A stretch of 64,000 bases of DNA from Nemertoderma westbladi (lineage: Eukaryota > Animalia > Xenacoelomorpha): positions 62,001-126,000 of the forward strand of contig JAUCBJ010008594.1 of NCBI GenBank assembly GCA_032718475.1, given 5' to 3'. A program made the position numbers and the translations under genes. The notes below the pieces were generated by a model. The model did not search any database, was not told the DNA's origin, and saw nothing but the letters and a program-made list of their open reading frames with translations. This document shows, piece after piece, positions 11,797 through 22,897 of the stretch. Position 1 is the stretch's first letter. The number at the start of each line of letters is the position of its first letter.

Positions 11797-14700
11797 AAAA
11801 TATAAATGAATTATCTCAGATCGCTATGCCCTGTAACATTTCACAACCAAAATATTTAAGTGTGAAAAGTGTAGGCCTACCACACTCCGCCCAAACAACC
11901 GCAAACGCATAGCCAACAAATTTAACAAAAGGTTACATACATGTTGGGTTCATGACGAGATGAGTGAAAATTGATCGCGTAATATAAAGTAAAAAATTAA
12001 GAGAAGGGCTGGCTCTCCTCCACTTTCTTACCCAATGGATATGTTGTTGTAATAATCTAATATTGGGGCGGCTTTCTCTCGGTCACATAAAACTGGTGTA
12101 GGCCTACATTATAAGCTAATTAAATTTTAATATAATAAGATGAACCAGACTCTACTTCGATTAACGCATACTAGGGGAGTGCCCTGCCCTGAATATGTCA
12201 TTATTATGTTAGTCCTTGGTAAGTATGTTATTGTGTAGACCTATTATAACTCTCTTATATTAGTTAGCTAGTGTTTTTTTTCATTATTGTTTTACCAGGC
12301 AGCTAGTGATTTCTAATAGTACAAATAGCTATCGATTTTATATAGGTAATTTAAAAAATATAGGGTTTCAAATAATATTGCTGCACAATTTATTAATTAA
12401 TATGTTTATTGTAAATCGACTAAATTACTGGCTGGGTTCAAAGTGTCGGACAGCCGCAGCAAAATAAACACCTCCTCAGACAATTAAAAAATGTTTTACT
12501 AAATGAGTTGTTTGGACGGTTGCCTTTTCTCCCCCTATGAGAACATCGAAAGTTACACAGACAGTTAACCTTTGTGAGCTCTCCTGTTGTTTCACTACTG
12601 ACCCCGACTTCCAGACTATCACTTTCACGTTTCTTTGTTGTCCCGATGTCTCTATGTTCCTTCACCCATTGCAATATTACATGATATCGAGTTCGATGTA
12701 AAACAAATTGCTACAAACTAACTATTAGCTAGTCAAATATTAAATACGAAACTACTAGCTACCCTAAAAGCCTACTGAAGCAGGGGACGTTCTACAAATT
12801 ACTAAATTTTACTAATTTTAAATTTTTAAATATCTCCTACTTTTACAATAGCTAAACTATATATTTATATATCTCACCTTAAAATGCGCACGCACCTTCG
12901 GTCGAGATATTTAATAAAATATACCTCACTGTAAAGTCCTCTACGGTAGGGGCTATCCTACGGCCTACAAGTCTACTAATGTGAAGCTATAGAATATCTC
13001 TAACCGTAAAGTCCAGTAGTATACCGCTTACCAGATCCTAGTAACGATGTATCTTACTATGAGACTCTAGTAATGAAACGGGCTCGTACAGTATCTGACA
13101 ACAAATCCCAGTCCAGGATATCTAAACAAACAAATACTATACACAAACTACTACTGGCGAGGAGCAGAGCCTGGTGTCTATTCTATGTACGTGAGCGGGT
13201 CTAATGCCTACGAACTAGACAAAAGGATACCTGTCCTCTAACCGGTATGGCAGATGTACAGTTACAGTAATCTGGTAATAGACCAAACTCACGGGAAAAC
13301 AATCCCCGCGCAGCGAATCCTAACTATCGCTGACAGTCCTAAATACCGTAACTTGCCGCGGTGTGATTTATATGGTTTACTAGCAGGCAATACCCGAGGC
13401 ATGTTACCCAGTATTTCCCGCTACCGGCATACAGGCATATGCCTACTGGCGTACTGATCTGATACCGGTATAGGCCTACTGACGTACCGGTACCCAGTAC
13501 CGGTACCGAACGTGAATTATACTTTTAGAAGAGTGGCCTATAACGACCGCTGGTTAAAGTTATACACACATGCCAAGTCCCAGCGCAATCCCTCTGCCCG
13601 TTTTGGAGGAGTTCGAACACAGAGTGAGAGAGAATTTGATTTTTATAGGTATAGATAGATATACGAGCTAGGTGTGTTACAGCCCTAGCGTTACAATACT
13701 GATCTCCCTGTCTGAATCAGGCTAAAAAGGTCGTGCCTAATGTAACAATACTGCTGCTCTAGGCAAACAACAGTTTAATAACAAAATAATGAAATACTCC
13801 CTTTGCCGTAACTAAATATCAGATCCTAATTTTACAAATACAGATAAATTCTGCCTAAATCTAAATTGCGCTATCTAGTAGGAACTCTAAGGGTAAATAT
13901 GTTTTAGGGCGTGTGTGTGTGGGTGTGTTACAATAAAACAATTTTGGTGTATACCATTTTACTAGGTTTTAGTAATTTTCTGACCAAAACGATACCGTGC
14001 GCTAGCTACTAAAATAAACTAGTCGCGTTTTGTAGAACTTTATACTTACATATGACGTCAAAGCTCTCTCCTTCCTATCCACAACTCACTGGGCAACCAC
14101 GGTGTTAGTAACTACACCCGTGATCGGCACAAATACCAGATTCTGGTTGTAAGATAAGAAATAGGGGTTAATTGCTACCGTACGTTAGCTGATCTGGTAT
14201 ACAAATTTGATTCTAGAACTTTGTTGCTGGGGTAGTTAGCAGCAATACCTATCAGTACGTGGCAAGGCGCGGTAGGATATTAATAAAACCTCCCTAGGCC
14301 AAGCGGTGTGCCGGTAGCAGAAATACTCCTTGCCTGATCAAATAACTAACTTCAGGCAGGGGGGGGGGGGGGGGGGGGGGTACTAATGTATACTCTACAA
14401 AGCGAACCGGTACCAAACGGTCAGTGCTAACAAATCACTAAATTATGGAACGTATTATGTATTGCGCACTGACGAACGGCAATAGCTCGCACTACCTGTG
14501 AGGTATACAGGTAATCCAGGGGTTTGCAGGACTGACAAAGGGGGTTCTGCCTAGAATATAGTTATTTGATCCTAAATTTTGCGGCGTCCCAGGACGGCGT
14601 CCCAGGACGGCGTCACGCTTACCCTGATCTATAGGTCTTACGGCGGGCAAGGGCGTCAAACAAAGTCTTACCTTCCTCATAAAGCGGGCGCTGCATGGCA

Positions 14701-14994
14701 ATTGGAGTATTTCGAAGGGCGAAGGGGGTGCGCGGTCAAATCTAATGTGGGCGCTAGCGTGTTGTGGACATCCTTTCCCTGCGTTGCTGACGGCCTAACG
14801 GTCTAGGCGGCCATCTTCCTGTTGCTTGGCTGTCCCAAAGTTGGACGTTCAGAAAAAGGCATGTTCAGAATTTAATAGTATATTTACAGTTTAGCAAAAG
14901 AATAATCAAACAGATTTAACATAGTTTCAACAAGAAACAAGTTAAGAATGACGACCAACAGCTAAGAGTGAAGTGATAACCGAAGGCAAACCAG

Positions 14995-15140
14995 CCCTTT
15001 ATATACTAAATCTGGGACATAGAATTCACTAGAACCTTCTAGAGTATTCCATGGCCTCACATTGGAGCAATAAGATGTTCTATGCCCTATGATTGGCCCA
15101 ACTCATCGTTCGATACGTTGTACGCACCTCATTGGCTTAC
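14995..15140 (-). promoter_or_regulatory. Pol II promoter-like cluster: TATA box, heat-shock element and CCAAT boxes
   Basis: TATATAAA on the minus strand (14998-15005), GAAccTTCtaGAGtaTTC at about 15031-15049, and ATTGG at about 15061, 15092 and 15131. Confidence 0.4.
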
Positions 15141-15182
15141 CAATTTATACCAAATGAAAATAAATTGCCCCAAAATGCAAAT

Positions 15183-15254
15183 TTCCCGACCGGGATTCGA
15201 ACTCGTAACCTATCTGTAATGCAACCAACGCCTTAACCATCTGACCACTACGCC
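15183..15254 (-). repeat. tRNA-derived (SINE head-like) sequence
   Basis: Minus strand has A box TGGTCAGATGG and B box GAGTTCGAATCCC. Acceptor and anticodon stems pair poorly. Confidence 0.5.
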
Positions 15255-16334
15255 ACGAGAGTAACTAGGGGTTTTATGTATACAAATATGAATAGGCATA
15301 TTACATTACTGTAACTTAATCAAAATGCGTCGGATTTTCGAAAGTTTTTACGTTAAAGTTAAACTACAAATGCTATCTTATAGTGAAATAATTCATCATT
15401 AGGTTTCCGCGAATTGGATTCCATTATTATTCATTGTCTAATGAGACCGAGTCATAGCCAGCGCGCGAACAAAGCGTCTTATGCTATGACTCTAAGTTAA
15501 AGAAATATCAGTCAAATAAATATGGGAAACTTTAGTCAGTATGTGTAGTCAGTATGTGTATGTGGAGTCAGTATGTGTAGTTTATGCAGTGTTTGTTATG
15601 TGATATGTTACGATGTGAATTGAGTTGAGTTAATAGATATGCGTTCTTATGACTCTAGCCTCTGATGTTCTTAGGGCAAAGTCTAAAACGTCAGAACTTC
15701 AGAATGAATCCAGAATGAAGAAGGATTCTAGGAAAAAAGGTAGCGCATGCGCCATTTTCCGTAGGCCGCTATTAACAGGGCCGGGGAGATTGCTCTGATT
15801 GGCTGAAATATGTCAAACAAAGAAAATTCCACACACAAAGAAACAGCTGGCAGATTTCGTCATCTCAGTCCTGTATTTCCTGACAGACGCGTAGGTGAAC
15901 AATTCTAAGCCCTTTTTAGAGTATTTAGCGCATTGCGTAAAATGACTTGTTATGTCCGCAAAAGCTTTTACACCGCTCCCAGAAAATGGGATTTAAGTCT
16001 ATAAAATATAAAAAATCACAGTTTCTAATATATAAAAAATACTCTAAACTATCAGTCCTTCTTTCGCGATCGGCATTTACGAAGTTTTTTGAGACTGGTG
16101 AGAGTCTTTTTCTCTTTGGGGCGAGCCACTTTACTAGGAGGGCTATAACTCCTGGGGGAAGGGTGCCACAATTGCATCAGAAGGGTTTGGATTACGGTCG
16201 GTTTATCCGCCGGTCGAGGTACCCGGTTGATCGATGTCGACATCAGTGGATTGGCAGTGAACAACCTTTAGGGCTCGTTTCAGGACGGCAGCTCGTACTG
16301 GTCCTTGATGGGTTGTCTGTACGATAGCGGTAGG

Positions 16335-17276
16335 TTAACCGTGTATAGTGAAAAATTTCCTCGGTTTATTTGTTCTTTCTAATTCGCATTCACTGGCTTT
16401 ATATTGATATGGTCTTCTATGAACTTCTTGCAACTCGGGATGTGCGTTTATGAATAAGTCACTGTATTCAGGAACTTGGCGGATAAAGTTAATCAAGTTA
16501 TAAGAATCCAAGCTATTGGGGTTGATATTTCTCAGATATTTGCAAACGTATTTGGTTGAAATGTTCTCACCAACACGTTTCATCAGTTCGTAACTGGGAG
16601 TGTGAAATTTTTGTTCAACGGAGGAAAAGAGGTATGGGTGAAACGCATAAACTCCTTCATATGCACGTCCTGGATAGTATCTGTGACGTGATTCGCAATG
16701 GAGATCCGCATTAGCTTCCCAAGATCTGATGTAGCGCAATGCAACTATTTCGTCCGCACTTTCTAGGTCTCGGTTGAAAGGGCAATCGAAACTAGCATGT
16801 CCTTTGAATTGGCAGTGGTGACATTGAGTCATAAATTGAGGACAAACAGTGAAAATATGCTGATTGTTAAGTCCGACAATAAGCACAATAAATTTCCATA
16901 GTAGGTTGGTCTTTAAAGTAGGAGCAGGGTTTGTTGGAGTCCACTGGGGTAAAGTGGTCCCGTGATGCACATAATCAGCAACGTTTCCTAGAAATGTAAT
17001 TGGCATGCCGATAATCATATGCTGTGAGACATTGTCGACCTTGATACCATTCCAACACATAATCATTATCGCAACTCCTGGGCGTTGCAGGTTGGATTTC
17101 TTCAGATTCCAAGCAAATTGGTTCTTCTTCAACTTGCATAGCTTCGATAGATGTAGCAGTTTTCTCAAGGGAACCCACCGTTTAAACTTCCACAATAGAG
17201 TATCCCGTGGGGATTTGGGGTCTTTGTATGACAGATTAATGTAGATTCTGTATACAAACGTCCTTAAAATTGGCAA
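16335..17276 (-). pseudogene. C-terminal part of the BEL accessory ORF with a CCHC zinc knuckle
   Basis: CHHCQFKGHASFDC (CX2CX4HX4C). The C-terminus ECELERTNKPRKFFTIHG matches ECELERIIKPRKFLTTHG in the younger copy (ORF 33884-34351). Confidence 0.6.
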
Positions 17277-17605
17277 ATCCAGCGCTATCCAACTTCTCAG
17301 CAGCGGAATCTCTCAAGCTGAGTTTGGTCAAAGCGCAGTCTTTAAACTGACTGTCAACGTTACGGAACGGAGTCAGAAAGCGCCTAAAGCATTCAAATCG
17401 GATGAATTTATTGTGTTCATCTAGCTTAGCGAGTTTAGTTCCAAGCACTAAGGGATGAGCACGTATAGTTCGACTGCACACATCGGCTAGCCAACCGCTT
17501 CTCCAGCTTCTCAAAGATGGTATATATAGCTAATGAGGGACGGAGTGGAACACTCATAAAGTTATAAACGACTCCAGGTGCTGTTAATGGTCCGTCAAAA
17601 TATAA

Positions 17606-18322
17606 TCACGAATAATGGTCACCATATATTTGTTGATAACTGACGGGATTCCCAACTTTAAAATTCCATCCGTATTCGTGGAACGCCAGATGTCCGATGG
17701 AGGTCCTTTGTACTTTGTTGATTCCATTCGGTGTATTGCATACATAGTCCCATGGTGCAATCAATTGAGTGTCTACGAAAGGATATGGGATATTCTCCAT
17801 ATTTCTAAAGTCATTTTGGAGATCTCCATAAATGGCTGAACCGATCTTAAATATTCTCTCGTCAAACAGCATCTCGAGGACTGGTTGGGGTAGCATAGAT
17901 CCATCTATACCCATGGCAGGTTTGCGTTCGGTATTGGTTACATAACATTGCACGAGTTCGAATTGTCCATGTCGAAGTTTCTTTTGTATCTCTGTGAGAG
18001 TCTCAAAAGAGTAATTGATTGCGTTGGAACAAGCCCGAGTAAAAACATGGGTAGAACCAGCTAATCCTCGTATATGTATCATTCTCGTAGTTCCTAGTTC
18101 TCCAACAGGAACACTACCTTCGTTATCGTAAGTAACAACTCCGTACATTTCGATAATGTTAAGAGTTTCGTTCCACTCTTTGGTGGCTTTTTCTATGGTC
18201 ATGCCCACCGGATGCCATAATGTCGTGTGGTCGCTGGGGTTAGGTAAATCGCGATATTTCAAATAATGCATAGTATGTGTAGCTTCATCTCCATATCTAT
18301 GTATTCTTTCTTCTTCAAACAA
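17606..18322 (-). pseudogene. DEDDy-type (WRN/EXD/Mut-7-like) 3'-5' exonuclease domain in the BEL accessory ORF
   Basis: ExoI-like VVTYDNEG, LP..VLEML.DERIFKIGSAIYGDL (ExoII), FVDTQ, SIGHLA..EYG.NF. After the stop the frame continues LYFDGPLTAPGVVYNFMS, a degenerate ExoIII. Confidence 0.65.
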
Positions 18323-19056
18323 TACATCTAGATTCCAATGGACTAATCGAGTTTTAATAAATCCATCGAGATTATATGGAGGTATTACGTCATTTTCTAT
18401 TCTTTAAACATTATAAGGTTTTCTAAATGAGTTTACTTTAACCAATTGATCTAAGTGTTTTTGTAGTTGTTCGAGTTCAACAATATCGAGGGGATTTATC
18501 CAAGGTAGATAGATACCTTAAACTATGTGTAGTATCTTCGGGTTTCACCATATAATATTGAGTTAAATGGACATAATAGGGGTGATCTTTGATTCCGTAA
18601 AATGAGTTCTGTAAAGGTCTAGCGCGTATGTTAACCTCGTGGACCATACGACGGACAAGATCCGCTCGATTGTCCGGAGGTTCAACGAGTATACCGTCGA
18701 CATGAGCAGCTTCGATTGGCAGACGTTGTAACATAGGAGCATCAGCGATAAGATCTCTAGATCTTAAGTTGATATCAACCAGTTGAGGTTGTGCTGTCGC
18801 GAAGAGTTTATCTCCGAAATGAGGAACCATCGAAGGATGAGTGATGGTTTTGGAATAGAGATCAGTCATAAGTATTTGAGCTTCAGGTTGGGCTAAAGCT
18901 GCTTCTTCTCTCTCGTCCATTTCGATATGTTTCTCCTCGAGCTGATTCTCCTCCGCTTGTCTTTGAAAGCGTTCGTCTAAGAACTCTTGTAGCGAATATG
19001 TACAAGTTCAATATATTCCTCCAGATTCTTGAATTCACGATCGAACTGGGGCAAAG

Positions 19057-20263
19057 TGTAAAGGCTTTTGCGGATCTAGCTAGTCATTTTCCCCGCAAAG
19101 TACTCTGTAGGTGTTTTAGCGGACATAAAAAGCCGTTTTCTTACTGTGTAGGTGTTTTAGTGGACATAAAAAGCCATTTTTCTGTATGTGTACTTTAGCG
19201 GACATAACAAGCAATTTTATGCCACAATACGCCAAAATACTCTTAATACAGTGTAGTTCAGATGACGACATCTATCAGCTGATATGTCGACGTGGAGCTT
19301 TTGGCTTTCTTTGTTCAGGCTCACTCACTCGACCAATCAGAGCGATTTTCATTTTATTTGCACAGAAGCCTCCGGGAAATCGCGCAATGCATTATGGTCT
19401 TTGTTTACCTTTTTTCCTGAGCCCAGAACATCGGCTTTGGAATTATTCTGTGTTTCAGACTTTAGCCAAACATTAGAACGGCTTTGATTATAGAAACGTA
19501 TAACTGTTATCAAATCAATGCATAATTCACAACAAACCAAATCATACACTGCATATCATACTATACATACCTTTCACCGCATTATTTTACTGCTATTTAC
19601 TGTCGGTTATTAATTGTTATCAGTTGATGGATATGTTGTTATATTTGGAGAATATCGATAAATAATCATAAAACCCCAATCTTCTTGATATACTGAAGGT
19701 TAGAGAGACCGGTTACATATAGCAATTGCGACTTACATTATAGTGGTTTTGGAGTGAATTGAATGCTATTTCATAGACCCTACATGTGTCAGTTGCTGTT
19801 CTCCTTATATATGATTAAAATTAGTGAAGGTCGGCAGATCAGTGTGCAGCAGTGTGCAGTAGTGTGCATGAGTGTGATAGATAACAAAGCATTTCCTAAA
19901 GAATGCGCCTTATACGAAAATCAATAGCCATCCCATTGTGTTTAGTGTAAGTCATAACTCTGTTTACATACTTAGAGCGCCACGTCCTAAAGGAACTGTT
20001 AATATTTCCCGAAAGTAAATAATATTTGTCAGAGATATTATAGTAACGATCAATCGAATAGTACAGTAAGCCTACACCGCAATAGGGTCAGAGCATCCGA
20101 ATCCAGTCTCCCTTAACCGTGGGTGAATGATCGCGCATAGGCTGGCTTCGGCTAATGTAACTTTATGTGTATCAAATACTTGTTATAGGCTAAAGTCGAT
20201 TTATAACCTAGAAGACACCTAAATTTGGCAGGTTAAACTGCTAAAGGTCTAAAAGCGCGAACA
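19057..20263 (+). repeat. 5' LTR (1207 bp)
   Basis: TGTAAAGG...GCGCGAACA, direct repeat of 34378-35584. Internal ~41-bp tandem repeats near 19100-19210. Confidence 0.95.
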
Positions 20264-20319
20264 ATAACAGTTATTTCTTTCTTTATTGCAACGAAGGCAA
20301 TAAAGGCAAAAGTCAACTC

Positions 20320-20869
20320 GCTCACTGAGGTCGCCTACAGCGTTGCTGTTGAGCCGATGCTCCAGCCGTTATCCGGTGAAACTTTCACCCATCGTACCAC
20401 CTCGACGGACCAGCAGGCGAGGCTGGATGTGTCTGTGAGCGGCTTCTGGGGAAACCGATTCCAGCGGTCGTTCATCGACGTGTCCGTGTTTAACCCGCTG
20501 GCGGCGATGAACGCGGCTATGTCCCTAGACGCAGCGCACCTCCACCACGAGAATCGTAAGATTCTTAAGTACGAGGAGAGGATACGGGAGGTGGAACATT
20601 CTACTTTCGTCCCCCTCATATTCTCGGCCTTTGGCGGGATGGCGCCGACCACGCGCCAGTTTGTTAAGCGCCTGGGACAGAAGCTCGCAGACAAACGCGA
20701 GGTCACGTACTCGGAATGCGTCACGTGGATCCGGCGCAAGTTAAACTTCGCGTTGCTTCGTTCCTCCCTGCTCTGCCTTCGAGGTTGTAGGTCAGCCTCT
20801 AAATGGCCGGTTCATTGTCCAGTGTCTGATGCCTCCATTCGGTTGGACAACGCCGACACTGAGCCGTAG
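20320..20869 (+). mobile_element. 5'-truncated CRE-like non-LTR retrotransposon fragment (restriction-like endonuclease C-terminus)
   Basis: VEP.LQPL, ARLDVSVSGFW, FIDVSVFNP, E.RK..KY, FVPLIFSAFGG, WIRRKLNFALLRS..LCLRG. Confidence 0.85.
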
Positions 20870-22897
20870 CCTGGTAGTACAGCGCAGTCGTACAGGCCTA
20901 CAATAGCTGACCAGTAGGCCTACAACATAAACAACCAACTGTTTTGAATTTCCCCCTTACATCCGTATCACTGTACCTCATTGTATAAATCAGATTTGGT
21001 GATAGGGTGTAATAGTGCAATTTGAAATCCATTGTATCAACTATGTTATTATACTATCATTCTCACCTAACCACCCGAACCGGTACTTACAGCAGTACAG
21101 GTACATCAGTATTATTCGATTTTGATAATTATATACCGGTAGGTCTTGATATTTAATCAGGGACTGCAGCCCTGGTTTTTTATTGGGATTTTACTTATTT
21201 CTGTCAGTTTTATTTATCTGTAAGTTAATATTGAGCAGAAAGCGTGTAAGCCTGCTCAGATTGTATAAATAATTTGTAGGCTGGATTGTTGTCTGGCTGT
21301 TGTTAAGTCTGAAGAGATTGCAGTGTGTGTAGAGTGTATGCCCGATAAAGTACTAGTTAGGAACGTGGGGGCATCCAGTGCTGTAAGGTAAATCCCCCCC
21401 GAAAGAATAAGTCGTACTACTCGGTTAGAACGCATACTAACTAACCATTTCGGAGTCTGCATATACTGTAGTTTATTTAGGCTTGATAGTAGCCTGCCAG
21501 CATTTGGTTTGTATTTCGTTTGTATAGTCTGTACGGGTAGCGTAATATTTATTATTCAGAGTATATGCGATTATTCGCAACATTCACAACCCCAAGTTTA
21601 TTCCTACAGTAATTGTGCTTGTTATACATACCGTTATAGTTAAATTAACCCCGGTACTACATCAGGGCTGTTTGGCGTAGGTAAAGACTGGTGATTTTAT
21701 GCTCTGGTCACTCCGGCAGATACCGTGGTTCTTTTAGCTGTACAAGTATTTTTAACTGCTGGTTATTTGTTGTATAAGTACTTGTACCTAATTTAGGGTT
21801 TAGTGTACAGTGCTTTCCGAAGGTAATTAGTGTGTAGGCAGTATATTTGTGTTGTAAAGTGGTTAATAGGCACGTTAGCTATAGTAGGCTGCGGTAATTA
21901 ACTTCTAGGTAGGAACACTCCGGGTACATAACGTAGTACTTATAGCGCTACGGCTATAAGTCGTCAGAAGGTGGTATTTTCTTATCTAGACAACGCAATA
22001 TATTTACTACTGCTTTATTATTTTCAAATACCGTAGTATCCTGTCCGTTTGTAATAACCAGATATTCTAACTCCTTGTTAGGCTGGTTTGTAGATTTCCT
22101 GTAAAATTAACCCTAAAAATTCATACGTGTAATTTTTGTGTTTATTTAGAGATTGTAATCTCACCCCGTATTGTACGAAATTTGTAGTAATAAGTAACTT
22201 AGGCAAGTAGAATTATTTGTTTTAGTGTCCAACAAGTAGCACTTCACTGAGAGCGTACAGCTTTTGTGTAGTGACTCCTTCCCAGAAATAATAACATTTA
22301 TTTCAAATATTTAACAAAACCCATTAAACGGGTATATATATTATAAATCAACTCAAACCGATTTATAAAATAGTAGGCCTGTCATACAACAATTAGGTCT
22401 TAATATCAGTTGGACTACTGCTTAAATAATGGTAATAAAGTAAAGTAAAGTAACTAAGTAACTCTAAAAATTCGGAAATTCAATTATTCTAAAATAATTG
22501 ACGTACCGGTATTTACGATAGGCTTATTATATTTATTTCTATAAATTTAGGCTGAAAATATATACCGGTATTCTGTAATTAATTCTAGTCTATAATTATA
22601 CTTATGTATACACTATAAGTGTAAGCTGTATACCGGTATTCACGTTAGGCTTATTATATATCTATATATTTGCGCTGATATTATATACCGGTATTCTGTG
22701 ACGAACCCTAATAATTCGATCCGTAATAATACTTATATATACTATAAGTGTATACCGGTATTCTAATATATTGTATATATATCACGTTACATAGAGTGAC
22801 GATATCGTATTTAATTACTAGGCTAACAGTGATACTGAATTATTAGACTTGCTTTAACTGTAATTATAGCAGTAGGCATTCAACTGTACAAACAAAC

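Larger units (their letters stand above)
15500..19056 (-). mobile_element. Older BEL/Pao sibling, 3' part (accessory ORF, PPT, partial 3' LTR)
   Basis: 15960-16400 is a diverged reverse complement of 33955-34395. PPT GGGAGCGG is followed by TGTAAAAGC, so the LTR starts at 15972 on the minus strand. LTR similarity fades around 15500. Confidence 0.85.

Noticed and set aside
15183-15254. Functional tRNA gene (also 37920-37953)
   Set aside because: A and B boxes are present but the cloverleaf stems do not pair well; the context is SINE-like.
19186-19549. ORFs duplicated at 19186/34507 and 19349/34670
   Set aside because: They lie inside the LTRs, so the duplication reflects LTR identity rather than coding constraint.
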